Source: Octopus sinensis (lineage: Eukaryota). From it: DNA of 64,000 bases. Below the pieces are notes generated by a model, which saw only the letters and a list, made by a program, of their open reading frames with translations, made no database searches and had not been told where the DNA came from. Location: NCBI RefSeq assembly GCF_006345805.1, contig NC_043004.1, positions 49,352,001 to 49,416,000 of the forward strand, given 5' to 3'. Below, piece by piece: positions 37,206 through 49,334 of this stretch; positions within the stretch are counted from its first letter, which is position 1; the number at the start of each line of letters is the position of its first letter. A program made the translations under genes and the position numbers.

Positions 37206-37375
37206 ATGTGGATGTGGATGTGTGTGTGTTGTGTATATTTGTACGTGTGTTTGTTCCGATAGAATAAGTACTAAGCTTACAAAGAATAACCCCTGGGGTC
37301 GATTTGTTCGACTAAAAGTGGTGCTCCAGCATGGCCGCAGTCAAATGACTGAAACGAGTGAAAGAGTAAAAGAAA
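36980..37375 (+). mobile_element. S1 SINE with (ATCT)n body
   Basis: Head and tail match 371-786. Confidence 0.85.
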
Positions 37376-37958
37376 AGTATATATATATATTCATATATAT
37401 GTGCTTATATATGAATATATATATTATATATACTCACACAAACATATATACATATACACACGTATATCATACAGTAATATTTATCAACATGTATAAAAAA
37501 AACCCAGCTCTCCTTTATCATGATGATGACGTGAAGTTATAAAAACCACTCACCACCACCACCACCACCACCACAACAACAAGTCTGAAGCTTATTTCCT
37601 CTGCACTTTAGTATATTGGTGACATTTGTTGTCATCACATGTACCCCCATTGTCACCGTGTGTATATATGGGTCGGACGTACTAAGCGAATATTACACAC
37701 CTGTGTATGATGAGGTGAGATGTAGAAAGATCTTAGCTAACCTATTTCAACAGCACAGACACAATGGCTATGGTATATCCACTTACGCAGTAACCGTATG
37801 CACGTACACACTGTGACTATCTATCCACTCATTGGACATGTGAATATGCATACACCGTATGTATATTCTGTCTGTCTGTTGTATCAGGTGTTTTGTTATT
37901 TTGTCATGTGTTGCTTGGGCTGGTTTTCAGTTACTTCCCTTGTCTTTCTCTCCTCACC

Positions 37959-38046
37959 TGAGGGTGGTGACCGCTGATGGGTAGCTAAGTTACACAGGTT
38001 GTCCCGCGCGCTCCGCTCTGCTGATATACACTCTATCCTTTCTGTG
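37959..38046 (-). other. Candidate minus-strand exon (5'UTR or coding, 84 nt)
   Basis: ttgttatttttattcccctcacag| acceptor and CTCAG|gtgagg donor; one open frame RIECISAERSARDNLCNLATHQRSPPS. Boundaries approximate. Confidence 0.35.
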
Positions 38047-38189
38047 AGGGGAATAAAAATAACAAGTCACTCCCTCTTTGCCATGTGAATATCACTGTTT
38101 ACAAACATTGCTACACCAAGTTGATACAGTTTGTTTGCCTGTCTCTGGAAATTTTCAATCCTCCTTATTCCCACTTCCTCAGCTTCCTC

Positions 38190-38360
38190 GTTACGTAACC
38201 AACCCAACTGTTGGTTGAAGTGAACCTGCATGTTGTTTGTATCATGACCGATATCACGCTGACCACACACTTGTTGACGGTTACACAACAGTTCAGTTTC
38301 CAGTGATTCTTACGTAAACTTATGTAACCCGTCATAGGACAGTGACCTATCATTACGTCA
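38190..38360. promoter_or_regulatory. Cluster of PAR-bZIP D-box / CRE-like sites
   Basis: GTTACGTAAC 38190-38199, TTACGTAA 38310-38317, TTATGTAAC 38320-38328, TTACGTCA 38353-38360. Confidence 0.5.
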
Positions 38361-38384
38361 CACACATATACACACATCATCATC

Positions 38385-38465
38385 TCTCTCTCTCTAATAT
38401 ATATATATATATACGTAACTCTCTCTCTCTCTTTAATACACAGACACACACATATATATACACGT

Positions 38466-38504
<39 letters not shown>

Positions 38505-38596
38505 ATATATATATATATATACACGTAACTCTCTCTCTCTCTGTATATATATATATATATATACACGTAACTCTCTCTCTCTCTCTCTCTTTCTAT

Positions 38597-38638
<42 letters not shown>

Positions 38639-38651
38639 ATATAAACACGTA

Positions 38652-38731
<80 letters not shown>

Positions 38732-38735
38732 GTCT
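38385..38735. repeat. Higher-order microsatellite [(C/T)ACGTAAC-(TC)n-(TA)n] x5
   Basis: acgtaac at ~38413, 38462, 38523, 38565, 38647, each followed by (TC)n then (TA)n. Confidence 0.9.
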
Positions 38736-39221
38736 ATCTAAATATAGATATGCACACATACACACACGGCCACACCATTTTGTCTGTGTTTACAAAACAT
38801 ATTTTAACCTAGTTTTGTAGTGTGTGTATGTTTGTGTGTGCGTGTTAGGTGGTGAAGGCATTGGTGTGTATAGAGCTAGTGGCGGCGGCGGTGGTGATGG
38901 GTTTTTTTTTTTTTTTTTTTTTTTTGTATTCTTGATAATTGCACGCTCATGTTAAACCCGAATGTTGAAGCGCTCTCACTTCGCCACCAGTGTCTGTTAA
39001 AAACTACAGCACCATTATCACCACCATCACCTCAACTATGCACGAGCACCACTGTCTGTTATAAACTATACACCAATGTCTACTATACACCGACACCGCC
39101 GCCGATACTATCACCACCACAATTACTATGAGTAATTCCAGCAGTGTAGTAGTAGTAGTAGTTGTAGTAGTAGTAGTCAGAGGAAGGGGAGGAGTCAGTT
39201 TCACTCACTGCCACAGATGCC

Positions 39222-39231
39222 ATGACGTCAT
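39222..39231. promoter_or_regulatory. Perfect CRE palindrome ATGACGTCAT
   Basis: Exact match to the CREB/ATF consensus in a CpG-rich unique region. Confidence 0.45.
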
Positions 39232-39874
39232 CTTGTGATACCGTTTCTACATGGTAACTTGGAACACACTGCTTGATGTGTGTGTGTTTTCGTTCTTTGT
39301 ACACGACGGTTTGTGTGTATGTGTGTGTGTTGGAGTGAGGCGTAAAATTGTTGAATTCTGTACAGCAATCACGGCGAATGCATTTCTGCCTTAGTGTATT
39401 TGTAATGTTCTTGCTGGTTTATCCCTCTGTCTAATAAAGCACCACTACTGTAATTATTGTTACCACCAAAAGAAAAAAAAGAGCCCTTTACTATTTATTA
39501 TAATAATTGATTGTGTTGTGTAGCGAGGGGAGGACTAGATGTTAGAATTCCTTCTGAATAATTTGTGTTGAGTCACCCTTGTTACACCCACTGTTCTTAA
39601 ACTGTTGTTTTTGTAATTACTACAAGAGAGCCCCCTATGGTGTAACTTGACCTGCTAGAAATGGCAGCTATATCATCTCGCTCAAATCGTACTATATTGT
39701 TTATAAAGAGAACATTTTGGATAATGTTGTCAAAAGTAGGCTGATTTGAATACAAATGAGACAGATAAATATAGATATGCATTGCATTGTGTGTGTGTAT
39801 ACACACACACACATCTCCCTCTCTCTCTCTCTATATATATATATATGTATACACACACATCTACCTCTCTCTCT

Positions 39875-39909
<35 letters not shown>

Positions 39910-40116
39910 AGCTTACACACACAGCTGGATGCCCTTTCTGTCACCAACTCTTATCTGTTTCCAAGTAAGGTAATATTTCCATATCACCAAACATGTTTTT
40001 ATAGAAGATTGGGAATGAAGGACATCACTTGCATGATGGTCTCAGCTGGAATGTCTTTGGGTATATGTTTGCTGGATCAGAGTTGATTTTAGACTAAAGA
40101 ACAAGAACTAGATATA

Positions 40117-40472
40117 TTATTTACATTCGATGGATATTTGTCCTCATCTTGTTTGTTGTTAACACAGCGTTTGGCTGATATACCCTCCAGCCTTCATCAG
40201 GTGTCTTGGGCACATGGCGTAGTGGTTAAGAGCACATGCTACTAACCCCAAGAGTCTAAGCATTGACTTGAACAATAACAATAATAATAATAATAACATC
40301 GAAAAATACCTTAGGAACGAGAACCCAGGCTCGAAATTTCCCCCAAGACACCTGAATATGGCTGGAGGGTATATCAGCCGAAATGTTGTGTTAACAACAA
40401 ACAAGATGAGGAGAAATATCCGTTGAATGTAAATAATGTACATGATTCCTCATCTCTTAAATATAGACCTGT
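40117..40472 (+). mobile_element. tRNA-headed non-autonomous element with Penelope-type tail and upstream inverted tail copy
   Basis: 14-bp TSD aagaactagatata (40103-40116, 40473-40486); ~95-bp inverted arms (40117-40210 vs 40342-40438); A-box TGGCGTAGTGG 40215-40225; (AAT)n spacer. Confidence 0.8.
40347..40392 (+). ncRNA. Degenerate minimal hammerhead ribozyme motif (inverted copy at 40161-40205)
   Basis: GACAC-CUGA(AU/UG)A-N-GGCUG-loop-CAGCC-GAAA(U/C)-GUU-GUGUU. The two copies carry different lesions and together give an intact core. Confidence 0.55.
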
Positions 40473-40599
40473 AAGAACTAGATATAGTCTATATTATTTA
40501 CCAGCTAGTTATGCAAACCATTAACAAAATCTCTATGCGGTATCTGAGCCTGTTAGAAATTACAGCTAAATCTCCTCAAATCACTCCTTTCTGTCTTAA

Positions 40600-40819
40600 C
40601 CCTTTCGTTACTGTATTTATTTTGAGATGCTTTGTGTTTCTTCCAATTATTTTAAATATAACAAAGAATTTAGTAAAATAACTTAGTTATCATTAAGCTT
40701 GTATTGGAACATAAATTGTGACTAAGATTTGGTGGAAGATTTTAATTCAAAACTTATGAAAACAAGACAAATATACTAAAGAGCTAGAGCTGGTTTCAGC
40801 CGGGTTGGTAACGAAAGGG
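40600..40819. mobile_element. piggyBac-type MITE
   Basis: TTAA|ccctttcgttac ... gtaacgaaaggg|TTAA. Confidence 0.85.
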
Positions 40820-41442
40820 TTAAAAAAAGGAAGGACATGTTAGATAAGGATATCTGAGATATGAATGAAAGACAGCTTAGTCATTAGTGATCATGGATCT
40901 AATGGATTTGGATGACCTTGGGTGTTAAATAACAGCATAATTACTTTTAAGATAGAAGAATGCAGAACAGAAAGGTTTGTTGCCTTTATTTTCATCCCAT
41001 TATGCTTTGAATTCAAGTTCCACTTGGATTCATTTTATCTTACATCTATTTCTTCAGGGTTGGTAAAACATCATATATACATTAGAACATCATAAACTGT
41101 GAGTTAAGTATTATTGGGGTTGTTGAAGGAGGGTTAGATGGACAAGTTTTGTACTCATGGTCTGAGAATTTTAAAATGGTCCAATCCATGTAGCTGTTAG
41201 AGCAGAAACCTATTCACAATTGTAAGCAGTTGCAACATTGTTACCAGTGTTGTCTTGTCATTATCATAGTCACTAATATCCATTGTTTTCATTTTTGCAT
41301 GGGTCAGATGGAATTTATCCAAGATTTTCTGCAGGGAGATGCCCTTTCAGTTGCCAACTCTCACCTGTTTTTCAAGCAAGGTAACATTTCACCAAAGCTA
41401 GCCAGGTTTTCCTGGAACATTAAACATGAACGACAGCTTGTA

Positions 41443-42525
41443 TGAGGGGCGTTCAATAAGTAATGCCCCTGACCCACTTCCCATAGCAGTAGAGCAACGA
41501 AACTTGGCACAGTTATTAGTCTTTTTCTACATAGGAACCACCCAGAGTTACGCATTTCTCCCGTCGTTTGATGCAGCGCTGGAGACCGTTTTTGTAGAAG
41601 ACCCCAGCTTGGTCCTCCAACCACGATATGACTTTAGAAATCAAGGCTGCATCATCTGTGAAATGCTTTCCTTTTAAAAATAACTTCATGGCTGGGAAGA
41701 GGTGAAAATCAGAGGGTGCAAGGTCAGGAACGTAGGGGGGATGGGGGAGGAGTTCATAGCAGCATGCCTGTGCTTCTGATCTGGCGACACGCGAGTTGTG
41801 GACCGGAGCGTTGTCCTGCAGGAGGAGGATGCCTTTGCTGATCTTGCCCCACCTCTTGATTTTGATAGCTTCTCTTAATTTCCTCAAAAGTGAAGCATAA
41901 TAGGATCCTGTAATTGTGGTACCCTTTGTCAGGAAATCTGTCATCACTACTCCGTCCTGGTCCCAGAAGACTGTGAGCATGACCTTGCCAGCGGAGGGCT
42001 GCACCCTTGCCTTCTTTGGAGGAGGTGAGTCACGTTGCTTCCACTGCATTGACTGGGCTTTGGTCTCTGGATCATAGTGATGGACCCAGGTTTCATCCTG
42101 TGTAATCAGTCTTTTGAAAAATTTTGACTCATCTTCTTGGCACATCTCCAAATTCATCCTCGAGCACTCGACGCGTTCTTGCTTCTGGAAAGGTGTGAGC
42201 AGCCTGGGAATTCATCTGGCAGACACCTTTTGCATATGCAAATGGTCATGAATGATAGTTTCCACAGACCCGGTACTAATCTTGACCTCATGGGCTATTT
42301 GGCGAATAGTTATGCATCGATCTTCCAAAATGACAGCCTCAACTTGACGGACAGATGCCTCATCAATGGCAGAAGGGGGGTGACCAGATCTGGGAGCTGT
42401 TTCCACAGAGTTCCGACCATGTTTGAATTCACGATGCCAGCATTTTACAAGGTCATATGATGGGGCATCATCACCATAAGTTACTTTCATTTCATCAAAA
42501 GTCTCCTGTGGTGTGCGTCCTTGAA
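41443..42525 (-). mobile_element. Mariner (DD34D, irritans/Himar-like) with near-complete transposase, one nonsense codon
   Basis: TA|tgaggggcgttcaataagt TIR; continuous frame 42490->41516 broken only by TGA at 42212-42214 (W of the WVPR-like motif); ITQDETW, QDNA, (34 aa) APSD; N-terminus missing. Confidence 0.93.
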
Positions 42526-43249
42526 GCTTGTTGCAACAAACTGTGCTCCTTGCATGATCAAATGGTCTTTCATTTTTATCATTTATAGTAGATTTTTCTT
42601 TTGTTTTGTAGGTTGTCTATGTATGACCTGTTATGATGCATACAGCAGTGTTTTGTGTTCTTAGTTATATGTTAGCGAGAAATTTAGATCAAGGCTCAAT
42701 TCTTCCTCAACATAATCATTTTTAGGTCCACTTTTCTATGCTTGTTTGGACAGAATTTATTTGAGGCAGATTTTCTACAGCTGGATTCCTTCCCTTCCTG
42801 TCACCAACCCATATCTGTGTCCAAGTAAGGTATATATTTCCATATTACCTGACATATCTTCACAGAAGATTGAGAATGAAGGACATCACTTACATGATGG
42901 TGGCACTTGTTTACAACTGTCACATGATGTTAAGACAAGGAAGATAGTAACACACACATATACAGATTTGATGGGCTTCTTTCAGTTTCCATCTAGCAGA
43001 AGACACATGCCTAAGGTACCACACAGTGGGAATGAACCTAGAACCATGTGGTTAAGAAGCAAACTTCTTACAACACATCCACACCTGTGCCTGCAAACTT
43101 CTTACCACACTGCCACACCTTTTACCCCATAGTCTGTGGTACCTGCGATTGCTCTAAGTATTTTTGTGCATAGTTTTCTTGACACTACATGTCTACCCAC
43201 ATTTAGCATTTATTGGTCACAAAGCTACAAATCTTAAGCATGAGTATCG

Positions 43250-43765
43250 CCGGGGGACCTCTCCTGGCAAAAGCATGTCCCTAACTAGGAACCACACCCC
43301 AACACTCTACAAAGCTTAGGTGTGGCACACAATGGAATATTGCTCCTACATATTTGATGGTATCACTATTGTACACACAGATATCTTAAGAGTGTTTCTA
43401 TAAAAGGGCCACTTAAGTGATTGGCATAAAACCACTCCTGGACATGCTCCAGCCTTTGACCTACATGCATCCTGTCTCTTTCCTCTTCCTTTTCTATTTC
43501 TACTATCCTCCTTAGAGTTGAATAGTGGACTGCTACCTCCATTTACATACTCTCTCTTCTCCATATCATCCATATTATGTCCAACATCCTAGATCCCACA
43601 CTAACCCATTATACCCAGTCCTTCTTTCCCAGAACTTCAATCCTCTGGAAATTCTCCTTCTTTGCTCATCTCTTTCCTGCTGGTGTCAACTTGTGTTTCT
43701 ATAAAATGTTAGTCACCATGGACACTGCCTCTTTCTCCACAGTAACAAGTAACAAGAATTAAACA
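43250..43765 (+). mobile_element. CR1/Jockey-group LINE 3' fragment
   Basis: LYKA*VWHTMEYCSYIFDG and THYTQSFFPRTSILWK motifs. Confidence 0.6.
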
Positions 43766-43791
43766 AAACAAAAAAATGCCTTCTCACAATT

Positions 43792-44150
43792 GACAGTTTT
43801 TGGACACACCACATGTCTCATGTTTACAGTTTACAGTTATTGGACACACCACACCTGCATAACTAACCACAAGTAACAATTGTTGGATATATCTACCTAC
43901 AAGTGATAGCTGTAGGACACACAGCTAAATGTCTCCCCAAAGGCGACAGTTGCTAGACACATAACTAAATGTTTGCCCACAGCTGACAGTGGATGGACAC
44001 ACTGTTACCTATCAACCCCCCAAATGACAGTTGTTAGGCACAGTTAAATGTTTACCCCCAGTTGACAGTTGTTAGACATACATGTCTGTCACTCTCAGCT
44101 GACAGTTGTTGGACACACGCAATTCAATGTTTACCCTCAGCTGATGGTTG
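43792..44150. repeat. Degenerate ~37-42 bp minisatellite
   Basis: About nine units, consensus gacagttgttggacacac..aaatgtttaccc.cagct. Confidence 0.75.
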
Positions 44151-44501
44151 TTGTTGTATCATGTCCTACTGGAACTAAAAACTTGTTTCTTCTTACGTAA
44201 GATTGTTTATGCTGACTATATTAGGTATATTTTTAGACCAACACCCTACTACCTGCACTACATCAGCCCACACACCAGCATATCTTGTTTTTATGAATAT
44301 TGACTAGAAAAATCAGTTGTGGTGGTGGCTTTAAACACTTTATTTCCTATTACTATTTTCTTTCGAAAGACGTTGTCTTCTGAGTGACACGTATGTTAAT
44401 TAAAGGTCAATTCAATAATCAGGACTGACCTGAGGATAAACAAGCACCCCTAAATTATTTTAGGGCAAAAACTGAAAGAAATTTTCTATAAAAATTATTA
44501 T

Positions 44502-44914
44502 AGGAGTGGCTGTGTGGTAAGTAGCTTGCTAAACAACCACATGGTTCCGGGTTCAGTCCCACTGCGTGGCATCTTGGGCAAGTGTCTTCTGCTATAGCCC
44601 CGGGCCGACCAATGCCTTGTGAGTGGATTTGGTAGACAGAAACTGAAAGAAGCCTGTCGTATATATGTATATATATATATATATGAATGTGTGTGTGTGT
44701 GTTTGTGTGTCTGTGTTTGTCCCCCTAGCATTGCTTGACAACCGATGCTGGTGTGTTTACGTCCCCGTCACTTAGCGGTTCGGCAAAAGAGACTGATAGA
44801 ATAAGTACTGGGCTTACAAAGAATAAGTCCCGGGGTCGATTTGCTCGACTAAAGGCGGTGCTCCAGCATGGCCGCAGTCAAATGACTGAAACAAGTAAAA
44901 GAGTAAAAGAGTAA
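44502..44914 (+). mobile_element. Young S1 SINE
   Basis: Near-identical to 371-786; CpGs retained although the flanks are CpG-poor. Confidence 0.92.
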
Positions 44915-45769
44915 CTCGTATATGTTCTGTGGTGTTACATCATTTTCTCAAACATCTAATTACTGTATCTACGCTGCCACATGATTTATATCCGTGACTA
45001 ATATGTAATTCACTGAGGAGACATCTGCATTACAAAATAACAGATATACTTAGAAGTAATTCTTTCTGCTACAGTTACAAGGTCTGAAATTGTTGGGGAT
45101 GAGGCAGTTGATTACCACAACCCCAGTGCTGAAATGGTACTTTATTTCATTGACCCCTGAAATGATGAAAGGCAAAGTTCACCTTGGCAGGATTCATGCT
45201 CAGAATGTAAAGCTGGAAGAACTGCCTCTAAGCATCTTGTCCAGCATGCTTATGGCTCTGTCAACTTGATGCCTTGATGCCAGCTTGCTGCCTATTTAGA
45301 AATAGTAATTAGGCAATGAACTAAGGACAATTTTAGCTCAATGACTAATCATTTTAGCAAGTATGGGAGATAACCCATGGCACATTTTGGTGTTATTAGA
45401 TCTCTGCAGTTATTAGATTGGCTTCACCGTGCTTGTCAAAACATTAATGTAAGCTATTAGACACAGGTTAAAGATGGAAAATGAGCTTATTTAAGAATTA
45501 AATTACCACGGTTGGTTACTCATGGACACCATTAATGGGATGAACAACAGTAAAGCTAGTGTTGGTATATTTAATGTAATAGAATCAAAAATCTAAAATG
45601 CAGTCTGTTTTAGAGAATAGCTATTTCTGCTTCTAACTGCTGTGAAACAGAATGAGACTCAACTGAGTTGGAAAGTGTGATAGTTTGCTTGTTATACCTA
45701 CATACTGTCTTTGTGGTTACAACACACAAATTTGTGTAAGAGAAAACATCAAATTATCATTATCAAGCA

Positions 45770-46680
45770 AATTCTGCTGAGGTCAGCTTTGCTTTTTATC
45801 CTTTTCGGATTGATGAAATTAGTCCCATGAAGTCCTGGGTCAATTGACTAGCCCCTCTTCCAAAATTCTAGGCCTTGTGCCTGTAATTGAACTGGTTATT
45901 ATTAAGGTGGTGAGTTGGCAGAATCATTAGCATGCTGGGTTAAATGCTTAGTGGTATTTTGTCTGTCTGCACATTCTGAGTTCACATTCCACTGAGATCA
46001 ACTTTGCCTTTTATCCTATCAGGGTCAATAAGTACCAGTTGCACACTGGGGTTGATGTAATCGACTTATCCCCTTCCCCTAAATTTCAGGCCTTGTGCCT
46101 ATAGTAGAAAGGATTATTATTATTATTAAGGTAGCAAGCTGGTGTAATTGTTAGCATGCTAGGCAAAATGCTTAGCATTTCTTTTGGCTATATATTCATC
46201 TCGTCTCTGCCAGCGTAGAAAATGTGTTCATTTTCTGTTGAGATTTTCTGTTCATCCTTAAAAGATTGATAAAATAAGTTACCAGTCAATTACTATGGTT
46301 GCTGTAATTGATTACCCCCTCCACCAAAATTTCAGGCCTTGTGCCCATATTAGAAAAGAATGTCGAGGTTGACTTTGCCTTTCATCCTTTTGGACTCCGT
46401 GTAGTAAGTACCAGTTGAGCACTGGGGTTATTGTAATTGACTTGCCTTCTGCCCTCAAATTTCAGGCCTTGTGCCTATAGTAGAAAGGATTATTATTATG
46501 GCAACTAGCTGGCAGAATAGTTAGCACACTGGGCAAAAATGCCTGTCTTTACATTCTGAGTTCAAATTCTGATGAGGTTGAGTTTTCTTTTCATCCTCTT
46601 GGGTTTGGTGAAATAAGTACCAGTTGAGACTTGAGGTTGATGTGATTGACTAGGTCTCACCTTCAAAATTTCAAGCCATA
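45770..46680 (+). mobile_element. Head-to-tail array of about five S2 SINE copies/fragments
   Basis: Repeated ggcagaat..ttagca, gagttc.aattc, aaatttcaggccttgtgcc..tagaaaggattatt units. Confidence 0.8.
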
Positions 46681-49334
46681 AATCCGCACACACCACACAC
46701 ACACACACACGTGTATGTATAAGTGCAGGCATGGCTGTGCTTTTAAGCAGTTCACTTTTCAGTGGTTTCATGTTCAATTCCAGTGTCTGGCACCTTGGGC
46801 AAATGTCTTCTACAAAAGCTCACTGTGTGTGTGCATGTGTGTTTTCATTTGCACTTCACTGAAAATCACTCATTGTAGTATAAGACATTCCTTACTTTGC
46901 AAAACAGGTAAGCATTATCGACAGGAAGGGCACCTGGTTGTTAAACAATGCTTTGATAATATATTCATCTCATCTCTGCCAGCGTGGGAAATATGTTCAT
47001 AAAAATAAAAGAACTGGTGAACAATATATATACCATGCATACACACACAGACACATATACATATCCATGAGCATACACAGACACAAATTGACACATCGAT
47101 AGCATTTCATATGCACTTTAAGAAGAATGTAATCTGGGCTATGTGTGAATTCAGTGGTATAGTTATTAAATACAAACAAACACATGCACAGTATAATTGG
47201 CATGTTTTTGTTTCTTCTAATTAACATGTACATTTAAAGGCATACTTTACTTTTATGCTGCTGTTATCTCTATAAACTTTAACCAAGATCAGGTGTACAA
47301 ACACCATTAGAAACAACAGCACTTCGATGCTGAACTTTCATCAAGTTGTTTGAACAAAGCTAATATAAAAACATTACACACATCTGTATAAAATGAAGTG
47401 AGTAAAAGAATCTGAAGAAAAGAAAAAGAAAAAGAAAAAACTTATGCAAAATAGATAATTGCAGTGAGCCAAAGCTAGAAATGATTAAAGGGTTATTAGA
47501 ATAACCAGCAGAACTTCATGAAAGAAGTGGCTAGCTGCCAAAGGTGTAGATCAATTTTCCTCCCCATCTCCACTGCCATATATCTGTAAAAGATACTCTA
47601 CAAATTTTTCCTGTCTTGTATAACTATTGTTGTTTTGTTCTGTTCAAATTGCTGAAAATGTCTTACATCGAGTGATTCAATTGCTATAGTAACTAATCTG
47701 CCTTTTATCAACATAGTATAATATTGATCCGGTGAATCAGAAATTGTGATTAATGAAATGCTGTTTGGTTGGGCTTAAGGCCAGCAGTCAAATGTTAACA
47801 ACAACAACAACATTTACCTACCTAAACATTGCTGCTTTTTTGATGTTAAATTTTTATGTTGGCTAATGAATTAATTATAAGGTTTTTATTAATGTATTGA
47901 AGCCCGCTCATGCTCTGTCAATTACAAGGATATAATGCTACTTCCAGTGCTCTGCAGTCTTCTGCTTGTCATCTGTACACCATTCAGCTCACGTCTTTGA
48001 GGTTATATCTCCATCATCACTCTTGTTTCAGTCAGGTCATCATTGTTATTCATCATCATCATCATTTAACATCCACTTTTCCATGCTTTCATGGGACCAA
48101 CTGATTTTGTTGGGACAGATTTTTCTACAGCTAGATGCCCTTCCTGTTACTAAGTCTCACCCATTTCCAAACAAGGTAATATTTTCCCATAACTAGACAT
48201 GTTTTTCATGAAAGACTTGAAATAAGCAATCTCACTTATATAATAGTGATACAGTAGACCTAGACAAAAGTATACAAGCACACATACATATTCAGAGATG
48301 CATGCATACATACATACATGTGTGTGTTTATGTATATACGATAGGCTTCTTTTCAGTTTCCATCTCCTAGCTCCTCTTGAAAGGCCCAGGGCTATGATTA
48401 GATGCTTCCCCAAAGTGCTGTCAAGTAAGACTGAACCCCAGACTATATGGTTGGGGACAAGCTTCGTAACCACATAGCCAAACATGCACCAGTGTTAATG
48501 TTAATATGTCTAGCCTCTCTAATGTTCCCATTGGGTGAGGTCAGCTGCCACCAACCTCTTAAACTGAATACCTTTGTTTGGGCATCTGTTATCATCTGCA
48601 TGTTGCCAATGACCAAATTATCATATCATCTTCACATTTGGCGAGATCATTGTGACATTTTTGATAATGAGTTTTTCCAACTGCATTTTTTTTTTTACTT
48701 GATATTTGTAATTCTTCCTTTGTCAGTGGAGAAAAGATACCATCCCCTGCTCTTTCAGGGCTTTGTGATTGATAGTAGGAAGTTATTCTCAGAATGGAGA
48801 CTTAGCCCAAGAACTGGCTACAGTGTATTCAGCAAAGGCACTAAAGCATCCTACAGGGCCTCTGTTGATCCAGGATGACCATGTTTTTGTGCATGTGCAA
48901 GCCTGGGCAAAATTATTTATAAAGATGACAAGGATTTGTCCATGGAAGTAAATCTCTCCTCTTAACACCAATAATATTTATCCAAGGTAATGCCTGCCAG
49001 CTTATTTCTGTTAGAATGCAAAGAACCAAAACAGATAGCACAATGCATCTTGCTTGATCCTCTAAGATTCTGATAATTCTGTGCTCTGTTACCAAGTAAA
49101 GTAATATTTGCCCAGGGCCAGGCACATTTTTGTGCAAGTTTGGAAACAAAGGACACTGCTTGTATGAAGGCTATGTTTGTTTTACAACTACCATGCCAAG
49201 ACAAAGAGAGAGAGTAACACACACACACACATACTCATCTTCATCATATATAATCATTAAAGCATGTCAAATGAATGCAAGATAAGAGATCAGTGTTATG
49301 TAAAGTATATATATGGTTTATATTCTGTATACAT

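Noticed and set aside
38067-38288. 73-aa minus ORF (QQLGWLRNEEAEEV...)
   Set aside because: No homology recognised, and it overlaps the D-box cluster; more likely promoter or 5'UTR.
39222-39253. Possible first coding exon MTSSCDTVST(W) with gccATG and ATG|gtaact donor
   Set aside because: The ATG lies inside the CRE palindrome and I found no phase-compatible downstream exon; not supported enough.
42212-42214. A-to-I editing rescue of the mariner TGA back to Trp
   Set aside because: The A has a 5' G (disfavoured by ADAR), the N-terminus and one TIR are missing, and other conserved residues are changed (YSPD->YVPD, RWEK->RREK); the copy is most likely dead.
48447-48951. Overlapping 143-aa and 60-aa plus ORFs
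   Set aside because: Start lies in a SINE; splice-compatible frames are inconsistent and no homology recognised.
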